A stretch of 64,000 nucleotides of DNA. Source: Paramoeba atlantica (lineage: Eukaryota > Protista > Discosea). The stretch is from positions 124,001 to 188,000 of the forward strand of contig CDRNVI010000055.1 in assembly GCA_977017575.1 (NCBI GenBank). Reading direction: 5' to 3'. The position numbers and the translations under genes were made by a program. Shown here piece by piece: positions 1 to 9,086 of this stretch (positions within the stretch are counted from its first letter, which is position 1; the number at the start of each line of letters is the position of its first letter). The notes beneath the pieces are model-generated. The model did not search any database and was not told the origin of the DNA. It worked only from the letters and a program-made list of their open reading frames with translations.

Positions 1-13
1 AACCTCGGAGCAC

Positions 14-1702
14 GTGGCAAAGTGCTTCGAGGAAGTGCCTTACCTTCGCAGGCACTCCGTTGTTTGTGCACGCCGCTCTTCACGGCTAGCCAAGGCACAC
101 GACGCACACCTGCCTTTGCACTTTAAGAAGTCGATACCTGTTATCCATATGGATCAGGTTAAGGAGTGGATGAGCCTTTCAGCTGCCACTCGTTTTCGCA
201 AGGTAGTGGATGAATTGTTATGGGTACCTAAAGCCCCGTACCCCGAACCTAGTGTGAAAGGTTCGTTGCCTGAGGCGGACGTCCGATTGTTGGAGGACGC
301 AGGCATAATGTATAAGGTCCCGGCGCACGAGTTGAGAAAGCGCCCATCGATGCGGTTCATGATTCCCTTCACGGTTGTGGAGACCGATGATGAGGGCAAT
401 CAGCGCAGAAGGTTTATTTCGTGGACACGGGACGACAATGACAGACTTAAATCATATGAACCAAAGGTCCCTTTATATCATCCCTCCAAATACCTTCATA
501 AGGCGCACGAGCCGATGGCTGTGAAGCGGGACTTCACGTGTGGGTTTTACCAGATTGGTATCCCAAAGAGGGCGCGGCCCAAATTCCGCCTTAGAACGAA
601 CAGTGGAGACGTGTATGAGATGAACGTCCTCCCGATGGGCCATAGGTGTGCACCGGAGGTTATGCACACGGTTACCGCCGCGATTGCTGGCGAGGCGTCG
701 ATTTGTTCTCAGCGCTACTCGTTTCACCGAGGCGCTATCGACGTTTATGTTGACGGAGTTCGGTTTGCAGGAACCAACTCCGAGGCCACCACGTACTCTC
801 AGTTCATCGACGAGCGTTGCGACAAGGCGAACGGTCTTTTCAAAGATCGGGGTCAGCCCCCTGTAGCACAGTACGTGTTTAATGGGGTGGCGTTCGACCA
901 TAACGCGCATACGGTCTGCCTGGGACCGCGAGTGATCAGGAAACTGCGAGCCGACTCTTTCTTCAACATTTCCTTTGTTGACCTAGAGGCGGTGGTGGGG
1001 CGCCTCATTTATGGCTCCGCAGTTCTCCGACTCAAAATGCCGCGATTTTATTTCGCTTTAAAGGTGGCGCAACGGCGTATCAACTTGTTGAACCGTTGCC
1101 CGAAGTTATGTGACCGTCCGGTCGCACTCCCTGTCGTCACTCGCTCCATGCTAGCAGAGTGGAGAAACGAGTTGCTGGAGAATGTTCCACGGTCTCCACC
1201 TCCCCATCCCGATGTTGTTCCACACAAGCATCGTCTCTACACCGATGCCTCGGTGAAAGGATGGGGAGCGATTATGTATTTAGACAGTGGAGAGGTTTTG
1301 ATTACGGGTGAGGCGTGGCCTGAGTCATCCTCGTATGAGGTGAATCGTGCGGAAGCTGCAGCAGTCCGCTTAGCCCTCGAGAAGTTTTCCGCGCATTGCC
1401 CCCGTGGAACCTGCTTGGATGTTTTTGTTGATAACACCTCCTGTCAGGCTGCACTGAACAGGAGGATCTCCAAGTCAGAGGGGGTTTCAATGGAATTGCG
1501 CGAAGTCCTGCGACTGACAGAGGAGAAAGGTATTTGTGTGAAGGCAGCGTACATATCCACGGATGAGAACCCGGCGGATGCTGTCAGTCGTGGGAAGGAG
1601 GTTGAGAAGGAGAAGGTGGAGACATATAGAGGAACGATCGAGAAATACATTAATCATAATCACAGTGGTAAGGTAGACAGTCATTTTGAGGAAAAACCCT
1701 AG
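14..1702 (+). CDS. Reverse transcriptase-RNase H of YR retrotransposon #1 (5'-partial)
   Basis: RT motifs KRDFTCGFYQ, LPMGHRCAPE, DVYVDG; RNase H motifs LYTDASVKGWG, VNRAEA, VFVDNTS, NPADAVSRG. Confidence 0.92.
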   Translation: MAKCFEEVPYLRRHSVVCARRSSRLAKAHDAHLPLHFKKSIPVIHMDQVKEWMSLSAATRFRKVVDELLWVPKAPYPEPSVKGSLPEADVRLLEDAGIMYKVPAHELRKRPSMRFMIPFTVVETDDEGNQRRRFISWTRDDNDRLKSYEPKVPLYHPSKYLHKAHEPMAVKRDFTCGFYQIGIPKRARPKFRLRTNSGDVYEMNVLPMGHRCAPEVMHTVTAAIAGEASICSQRYSFHRGAIDVYVDGVRFAGTNSEATTYSQFIDERCDKANGLFKDRGQPPVAQYVFNGVAFDHNAHTVCLGPRVIRKLRADSFFNISFVDLEAVVGRLIYGSAVLRLKMPRFYFALKVAQRRINLLNRCPKLCDRPVALPVVTRSMLAEWRNELLENVPRSPPPHPDVVPHKHRLYTDASVKGWGAIMYLDSGEVLITGEAWPESSSYEVNRAEAAAVRLALEKFSAHCPRGTCLDVFVDNTSCQAALNRRISKSEGVSMELREVLRLTEEKGICVKAAYISTDENPADAVSRGKEVEKEKVETYRGTIEKYINHNHSGKVDSHFEEKP

Positions 1703-2217
1703 GGGACAGGATCACCAAATACAAAAAATAAAAAAAAAACAAAGACAAGAAAAAAAGAAAAAAAAACTAAGACAAAAAAAAAAAGAGCGGTCCTGGGGTT
1801 TGGAGGTTGTCCCTATAATTTTGGAAGGTTATGGATGTTAATCGGTTAACAGGCTTTATTCTCACGCCTTGTTTCCTTTTCGGAAGCAAGGTTCCCCAAT
1901 GTGAGGTAAATATGAGTAAAGGTTTCCTTTACTCAACGATTAGCGCCTTAATGTTTTTTGACCGCGTCACTGTTGACACGGCCGTACACCACGCCTAGTT
2001 GCTCCACACTTCTAGGTCCCAAGTTGGTGCATGGGCAGAGGTTGAAAGCGTAACCTGTTTAGCTCGTGTGAGCTTGTAAAGGGCGTGGCAGTGGACTGGT
2101 CATCTATTGCTATCGTTATCCTTTTGTGAGTTCTGGGAAGTTTGAAGCAATCTTACTATGTGAATGGGCATTGCTTTTGTCATTTATATTTGATTGTGTG
2201 ACGTGTGTGTGGGCAGG

Positions 2218-2885
2218 TTGGCCGAGGGTTCCGGTGGGGGGGAACCCCGTTAACAACGTGACATTGAATGTTTTTGTTCTATGCAGGCGTGTTTCCTTTT
2301 ATCTGTGTTTGTGCGTGTAAATTATCTACGATATGTTTTGGTACAATTTGAGAGTAAGATTGGATTATTCATACTTGTTTATTTATATATGTTTGTTTAT
2401 TCATATATGTTTTCATGTATATGTTTCCAGGGAGCCCCTCGGCGTGGATTTCTAATAGTCCACGTTTTGAAATTTAGCCGAGGGGCTGTTATGTATTTGC
2501 CTGCTGGCCCTTCGGGGCACATAATTTCTTCAAATTATGATTTGTGATCTATAATTACATGGATATTTTACTATTTCTGATATATCCTTGTTAGGTTGTT
2601 GCTTCTACTACGTTTAAGTTTTTGTGCCCACCCACCAAACCCCCAGCCATTTGGCCGAGGGTTCCGGTGGGGGGGAACCCCGTTAACAACGTGACATTGA
2701 ATATTTTTGTTCTATGCAGGCGTGTTTCCTTTTATCTGTGTTTGTGCGTGTGAATTATCTACGATATGTTTTGGTACAATTTGAGAGTAAGATTGGATTA
2801 TTCATACTTGTTTATTTATATATGTTTGTTTATTCATATATGTTTTCATGTATATGTTTCCAGGGAGCCCCTCGGCGTGGATTTC
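2218..2885 (+). repeat. Split direct repeat B1 (2218-2452) / B2 (2651-2885) of element #1
   Basis: Two near-identical 235-bp copies, both ending ...CCTCGGCGTGGATTTC. Confidence 0.9.
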
Positions 2886-3402
2886 AGATTTTATTCTCGC
2901 TTTACGAACAAAAAAGAAATGGTACTACCGTCTACGAGGGATTTAGTTGCGCGTACTCGGAGCAGCTCTCCGTTAGAAAGTCTACATCGTGAGGAATCGC
3001 AACGCGAAGAACAACGTGAAGATGGAGGTCGAAAAAACCCGTTGAACGTCAATCGTATGCGTGCCATTTGTACTCGAATTCGGGAGTTCCTTATGTTGAT
3101 GCCGGGAGAAAGTCCCGCTCTTGGCATTACCGCGGAGTGGAAACGGAAAGACTCGCCTAATTCAGAGATTCGTAAGACGACGGCAAAAGTTAGCAAGGAA
3201 GGTTTGGACCTATGGGCTCTCTGGGAAAATGAAGCAAGTAAGGAATATCCGTTTCCGCATCCTGACATGAATTATTATGATATTGAAATTGATTCGGAAA
3301 TTAACCAGGAACAAGTGGAAGAGGAAGCCCAAGCGGAGAATGAGATTGGTGAGCACATGGACCCCAATAATTTGGATCCGTACGAGCCCATCACTTTCGA
3401 GG

Positions 3403-5432
3403 GGCTCAAGCACTTTGGGGCTCAAGCAATCCTCACTGAAGTTGTACAAAAAGCATTGCGCGGCAATGAACCAGTCTTTTTAGGATTCATCGACTTTCAA
3501 AGCGCTTTTCCATCTGTCTCGCATGATACTATAGCAGATGCCTTAGAAGCCTTTTCTGTTCCTCCAATGTTGCGTAGAATGATTTTGGCTACCTACGAAT
3601 CACCCACTGGTCATGTAAAAACAGATTTTGGTTACACAAAAAGTTTTGAAATCTCGTCTGGAGTACTGCAAGGGGACGTGCTTGCACCGTTTCTCTTCAT
3701 TATGTGTCTAGACAGAATTCTGGCTCTGGCAATGAAAAACCCGAATTATGGACTGACTCTGTTTTCTACAGGAACCAAAAGCCGAGGTGTTTCAAAGCTG
3801 CGTATCACTGACGTTGATTACGCAGATGATGTTGTGTTCTTTGCAGCAACGCGTGAAACGCTTCGGGACATGATGATAGCACTTGTCGAGGTAGCAAAAA
3901 ATGCAGGCCTGAAAGTTAATGTTGGTCCTACGAAAACGGCATGGATGGTAATAGGCAGGAAGACAAGCCAAATGCGCTATGAAGACATTAGTCTTCCTGA
4001 ACAAGGTGTTGTACCTAAAGTGGATTCGTATCGCTATCTGGGTCATTTAAAGCATGAAACAAAGAAGCAGCTGACATTCAAGATCGATTGCAGATAACAT
4101 GGAGAGCATTTCATCAATTAAAACCCCTCTGGAATATGCAACTCTCCGTGGCACTACGCCTCAAAATTTTCAACGTATTGGTGTCATCCGTGCTGGTGTA
4201 TGGGGCTGCCTCGCTTGTACCAACTCAACAGGAATTGAATACCATCGACATAGAAGTGAATAAAATGCGTCGGATAGCAACAGGAACGCCGCTCTGGGAT
4301 GGACATAGTCGTACCCCAACGGACGCCCTATACAGAGGTGACCCGCGATTTTCAACAGTTTTGAAAATCAATAGAGCGAAACTAGTAGGTCACCTACTGC
4401 GGCATGATTCTCCTTTTCATCACGTCATGATGTGGGTACCGAGAGACTGTGCACGAATAAAATCACTATCCGAAGCTTGTGCTGACGACATAGGAATTGA
4501 CGTTCTGGACATGCAAGAACGTGCACAAGACAGGATCTCGTGGCGCAATTCTGTTCAAAGCCTATACGCTAAACTGGAGCCAACTGCACGATATAACTAC
4601 AACCAGATTTCCACAGCGAAGAGGGAGAAGGATGTCGCAAAAATCATAGGCTCACAGATGAATTTACTCGAAAAGTGGAAAGCATTACAATTTCAAGAGG
4701 AGGGTGCTGTTTTGTGGCCATATGGCAGTTTTATTCACATTTATTGCGATGGATCTGTTCGAAAATTGAACAACGTTTCCTATGCGGGGGCAGCAGCTGT
4801 TGCCGTCAAAAATGGTAGCATTGGTGCTACCAAAGTAAAGAAATTGATGGGAAGCGCAACATCCATTCGAGCAGAGCTTAAGGCCTTTCTTCTCTCTTTG
4901 TCCATGGGTCAGAATTTCAATGCATTGTTTGTAATACATGTCGATTGTTTGTACATGTCGATTCCGAGTATGTCTGGAAATTTTGGCATTGCCAACGCGT
5001 AGCTTTTCAGCTGGATAATTACGCCGACTTCCCGAATGCAGATATCCTATGTCAAATACAAGAACAAGCGGCCAAAATACTTGAAACATGCGAAATTTTT
5101 GTTGTTAAAGTTAGAGGGCACATAGGCAATCCCATGAACGACTTAGCTGACAAGCTAGCTTCTGAAGTGGCAACAGTAGAAGCAATAACGAACGACGGGC
5201 CATACTTTCAGCTACCTACCCTGCTCAACTGGCAAGGATTAACTAAAACGCCAGCTCGTGAAATAAAATCGGAATGCGGCCACAAATGCAAAGACAAGCG
5301 AGTGTGCCTCCATAAATGCTGCAAGAGACATTTTCCAACAGGCTAGGAAGTCGCGTTTAGTGTTTAATGTTTGAAGTCATGATTGATAGACTCCTCACCA
5401 CTAAGAACAAAGTGGTACATTATTATTATTAT
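3403..5432 (+). mobile_element. 5'-truncated RTE-like non-LTR retrotransposon with RNase H and a (TAT)n tail
   Basis: 13-bp TSD ATCACTTTCGAGG at 3390-3402 and 5433-5445; microsatellite tail CATTATTATTATTAT immediately before the right TSD. Confidence 0.9.
3427..5346 (+). pseudogene. RT + RNase H + terminal zinc motif of the RTE-like element (frameshifts near 4085 and 4950)
   Basis: RT motifs FIDFQSAFPSVSH, GVLQGDVLAPFLF, DYADD; RTE-like LVGHLLRH and AQDRISWR; RNase H motifs IYCDGS, RAELKA, VKVRGHIGNPMNDLADKLA; terminal CGHKCKDKRVCLHKCCK. Confidence 0.85.
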
Positions 5433-5941
5433 ATCACTTTCGAGGCATGGATTATGTCGGCGGACAAATTCAAAGTGCGAGATTTGATACGGGAGTTGAA
5501 AGATGCGCCTGAATTCGGTTTACGCATAAATCAATTCTTTGTGGATCGAACCTTTATCAAACAACAAGAACGGAATTTTGAGAACCTTTTCGTAAAGTGG
5601 ATCATCTACGCTCGACAAACCCCGAATTGGAACAAAGGCACATATCTGGAAATCGGTAAAGGTATCATACAACTCTTACGAGACTCATACTGGAAGGCAC
5701 GAAGAATGGATGTGGAAGCGGTGCACCAGAAAATGAGCAAAGATGAACGTCCTCAAGATAAATTTTACCAGCACATTGCAGAGCAGATGGAGGAGCGTAA
5801 CAAGCAGTGGAACAAAAGTGTGTCTATGCGAGGACGGGGACGAGGATTTCGCGGTGGAATGACCAGTTATCGAGGGCGAAGCTACGCTCAGAATGAATTA
5901 TTATGCTATCATTGTCGTGAACCGGGGCATATGCAACGATT

Positions 5942-8791
5942 TTGTCCTGCATTGAAGAAAGAACAAGAGAATTTTCGTCGCAGGGTGTCTGGCCCTGCCG
6001 AACAAGGCAGCAAAAGGTATTAGGAATACCACACCCAAACGGCCAGTATGAAATCTGCAAGAACATCGCGAGGAAACAAGAAACGTTTATTGAACCAGAA
6101 ACCAATCAATCTGCAAGTAACAAACAAGAGGAAGCCAGCAAGCACTTTCGAACGAATCTCGAAACATCGAAAGCTGGATGCACCATGTGTGAAATGCACG
6201 AAAGGCAGACCGCTCTCTTCTATGAAATTGTATGGAGGTACTTTGAGCTTACAAACCAATTGGCATGCAAAGCAGGATTTGCTGAAGCACATGATAGGAA
6301 TAAAAGAAATTACACCTCAAATCAAATACGCCATGGATGCGATGTCCCAGACATGGACGAACAGCACATGGAACACAAGAAGCAGGCTATGGGAAAAATT
6401 GAGCACATTTTGCCAGTGGCGAAACATAGATGTCAATCCGATTCATGCTGTAGCGTTCTTAACACAGCTGCCGATAGCGTTCCAAACAAAGTTGACGTAC
6501 GCCAGGAACTTACAAACATTGCTCAACCTCATGACAGCAAACACACTACCCCTAAAGCTATATTGCCGCGCACTACAAGAACAGGGATCCGAAGAACCAA
6601 TCCACCAAATGAAGCCATTAACACCAGAGCTATTAAAACACACCAGAAGCCGGTTACCTCACCGAGAAAGTCTTGCGCTTCTGCTGTCGTGGAAACCAGC
6701 GGCACGATGGTCCGAAACAGCGGCTCTGACAAGGGACAGATTTGTGGAGGTGAACAATCATCAAGTAGTCATATGGTGGGGGAGAATGACGAAAGCTTCA
6801 CGATAAAATCCTTACCGGCGGTCGATGTACACAGTTGTGACGGGACCCGGTACATCAGAGATAGCAAATTTTGTAAGGACCTTAAAGCGGCACCAACCCT
6901 TGACAGAAACGACAGTAAGACAAATGGACCGTCTTTTAGTCCAAATACTGGGGCCAGGATACGGCACCCATTCAGTGAAACGCGGCGCAGTTACTCATCT
7001 GTTCAAAGAAGTGGCCAAGGGAGAAATATCTTTGGAAACGGTGCAAACGCTAGCCAAGCATCAGGAAGTAAGCTCTCTACTCAGGTACAATGCGGATCCC
7101 ATAACGACAGCGTTGGCCCTCGGAACACAACAAGCCACGCAGAAGCTGCCGACGCATTAGAGGAGGAGCAAGCATACCGCCAGTTTATGCGGGATATCCC
7201 GTATATCAAGACCAAGTATACAATATTACGAACGAGAAGGTCTTCTAAAGTTGCAAGTAAGGTTGACATGAAAATTCCTTTGCATGTAAAACATGGAATT
7301 CCACGTATGGACGTGGATAAAGTATTTGACTTAATGAACAATGAGGCCAAAGAAAGGTATAATAAGTTGTGGAAGATGATATGCTCGACCGAGGGTTCTG
7401 TAAGCGTAGGCAGTCATGGAATTCAGGACAAATCAGTTTCGACTATGTTCTTGTGCGACAGCGATGTGATGAGTTTGATAGAAACGGGCGTTGTGTCCAA
7501 GGTAACGCCGGAAGACCTTACATCACGACCGACCATTCAAATCATTTTACTATTTACTGTTATTGAAACCGATGAGCATGACACACTTGAACGTCGTCGA
7601 TTTATTGCATGGTGTAAGGAGGATAATGAACGATTAAAAGATTTGTACGTCCCGTATGTGCCGTTGCGACATGGATCATACTATCTACATCGGGCTAGTT
7701 ACGAGTTTGGACTAAAGAGAGATCTTGCGTGTGGCTTCTATCAAATACGACTTCCCGAACATGCACGTGCCAAATTTAGGTTCTCAGATAAGGAAGGAGC
7801 GACATACGAATTAAATGTATTGCCCATGGGGCACAGATGTGCCCCAGAACTAATGCACATGATCACAGCTGCTCTCGCAGGCGACCCCAATTACTGCAAC
7901 ACAGAACAAAGCTTTACAACAAGTGCTTTGGATATATACATTGATGGATTTCGGTGTGCAGGGGATTACGATGCAGTCAAGAAGTTCGGAGATTTTGTCG
8001 ATAAAAGGGCAGTTTTCATTGGGGCAAAATATAAGGATGCAGAAGAAGAACCTAAAAAACAATACGTCTTTAATGGCGTGCACTATGATCGTCGTACTGC
8101 GAAAGTTTGTCTGGCGCCAAAAATTATTCATCGGTTATCAAAGGATATCTACTTTGGAATTTCGTATGGACAGTTGGAGTCATCTGTAGGAAGATTACTT
8201 CACGCATCAATGGTTTTGGGGAAATCGATTCCGGAGCATCATTTTACTTTGAAGTTAGTAAGAAGGCGCATTAACGCTTTAAACCGTGATCCAAAACTTT
8301 TGTACGAACTGAGCCCTCTGCCGTATGCCGCTCGGATGGATCTTCAGGAGTGGACTCAAAGTATGGTCCACAACACGCCCATTTACCCTCCCCCACGCCC
8401 CGATACGGTCCCGCACTGCCATACACTTTTTACAGATGCTTCGTCGCACGGGTGGGGAGCGGTGTTGTATTTGGATCATGGACAGGTTGTGATCGCAGGT
8501 GAAAAGTGGCCAGATGACTTTGATTACGAAGTTAATAAAGCAGAAGCAAGAGCTGTTTCGAAAGCTTTTCAAAAATTCGATCAGTACTTTCGGGGAGGTA
8601 CTTGTGTTAAACTATTCGTGGATAACACATCATGCGTGTCTGCAATAAATCGAAAAATTACTTCGTCAGACGGCATAGCAGAAGAGCTGCGAAAGATATT
8701 GGGCTTCTTAAACAGGAAAGACATGGCAGTTGACTGCTCATATGTGCACACATTGAAGAATCCGGCCGATGCACTGAGCCGAGGGCTATGA
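5942..8791 (+). CDS. RT-RNase H ORF of element #2, overlapping the whole YR ORF in the -1 frame
   Basis: Uninterrupted 949-aa ORF with KRDLACGFYQ, LPMGHRCAPE, DIYIDG, LFTDASSHGWG, NPADALSRG. Confidence 0.92.
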   Translation: MSCIEERTREFSSQGVWPCRTRQQKVLGIPHPNGQYEICKNIARKQETFIEPETNQSASNKQEEASKHFRTNLETSKAGCTMCEMHERQTALFYEIVWRYFELTNQLACKAGFAEAHDRNKRNYTSNQIRHGCDVPDMDEQHMEHKKQAMGKIEHILPVAKHRCQSDSCCSVLNTAADSVPNKVDVRQELTNIAQPHDSKHTTPKAILPRTTRTGIRRTNPPNEAINTRAIKTHQKPVTSPRKSCASAVVETSGTMVRNSGSDKGQICGGEQSSSSHMVGENDESFTIKSLPAVDVHSCDGTRYIRDSKFCKDLKAAPTLDRNDSKTNGPSFSPNTGARIRHPFSETRRSYSSVQRSGQGRNIFGNGANASQASGSKLSTQVQCGSHNDSVGPRNTTSHAEAADALEEEQAYRQFMRDIPYIKTKYTILRTRRSSKVASKVDMKIPLHVKHGIPRMDVDKVFDLMNNEAKERYNKLWKMICSTEGSVSVGSHGIQDKSVSTMFLCDSDVMSLIETGVVSKVTPEDLTSRPTIQIILLFTVIETDEHDTLERRRFIAWCKEDNERLKDLYVPYVPLRHGSYYLHRASYEFGLKRDLACGFYQIRLPEHARAKFRFSDKEGATYELNVLPMGHRCAPELMHMITAALAGDPNYCNTEQSFTTSALDIYIDGFRCAGDYDAVKKFGDFVDKRAVFIGAKYKDAEEEPKKQYVFNGVHYDRRTAKVCLAPKIIHRLSKDIYFGISYGQLESSVGRLLHASMVLGKSIPEHHFTLKLVRRRINALNRDPKLLYELSPLPYAARMDLQEWTQSMVHNTPIYPPPRPDTVPHCHTLFTDASSHGWGAVLYLDHGQVVIAGEKWPDDFDYEVNKAEARAVSKAFQKFDQYFRGGTCVKLFVDNTSCVSAINRKITSSDGIAEELRKILGFLNRKDMAVDCSYVHTLKNPADALSRGL
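6048..7160 (+). pseudogene. Tyrosine recombinase of element #2 (premature TAA at 6804-6806)
   Basis: WKPAARWSE (catalytic R), TKASR, GTHSVKRGA (HxxR), LAKHQEVSSLLRY (H...Y). ORFs 6048..6806 and 6825..7160 are in the same frame. Confidence 0.88.
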
Positions 8792-9086
8792 TAGAGAAGT
8801 AGTTGTCGAAAACTTTTTTCAATTAGTATTTTCAAAGCGTGAGGTTCACATCATTAGGATATAAATTTACAATACGTTTTTTCATAATTAAAGAATTCTA
8901 TTTTTCTGTAAACTTGTGTTAGTAATTATACTCGGAAAGTCAGGTAATCGTTCAGTTCAAAGATATGATTTTATTGAACATTAGAAACCATTTCCATAAG
9001 TTAAAAGTTTCACAACACCATCTACCCTACGCCGCGTTCCTACTACTACATCGGAAGATGATGCAAGACTGCCTTTTGCTGATGCA

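Larger units (their letters stand above)
1..2885 (+). mobile_element. YR (VIPER/Ngaro-like) retrotransposon #1, 3' half, ending in B1-A2-linker-B2 split direct repeats
   Basis: RT-RNaseH ORF 14..1702, then a 3' region with a 235-bp direct repeat (2218-2452 and 2651-2885) separated by unique A2 sequence and a C-rich linker (2626-2649). The 5' part lies outside the window. Confidence 0.85.
2919..6023 (+). pseudogene. Gag-like ORF of element #2, split by an RTE-like insertion (2919-3402 + 5446-6023)
   Basis: Removing the insert and one TSD copy gives MVLPSTR...DPYEPITFEAWIMSADKF... in one frame. The C-terminus has RG-rich sequence and a CCHC knuckle CYHCREPGHMQRFC. Confidence 0.85.

Noticed and set aside
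1718-1785. A-rich tract as a LINE poly(A) tail
   Set aside because: No upstream LINE or TSD; a shorter A-rich stretch precedes the homologous UTR at ~28605, so it is probably part of the YR 3' UTR.
2126-2918. Hydrophobic ORFs (2126, 2281, 2714, and the first 51 aa of 2766)
   Set aside because: They are translations of T-rich B repeats; the gag ATG is at 2919.
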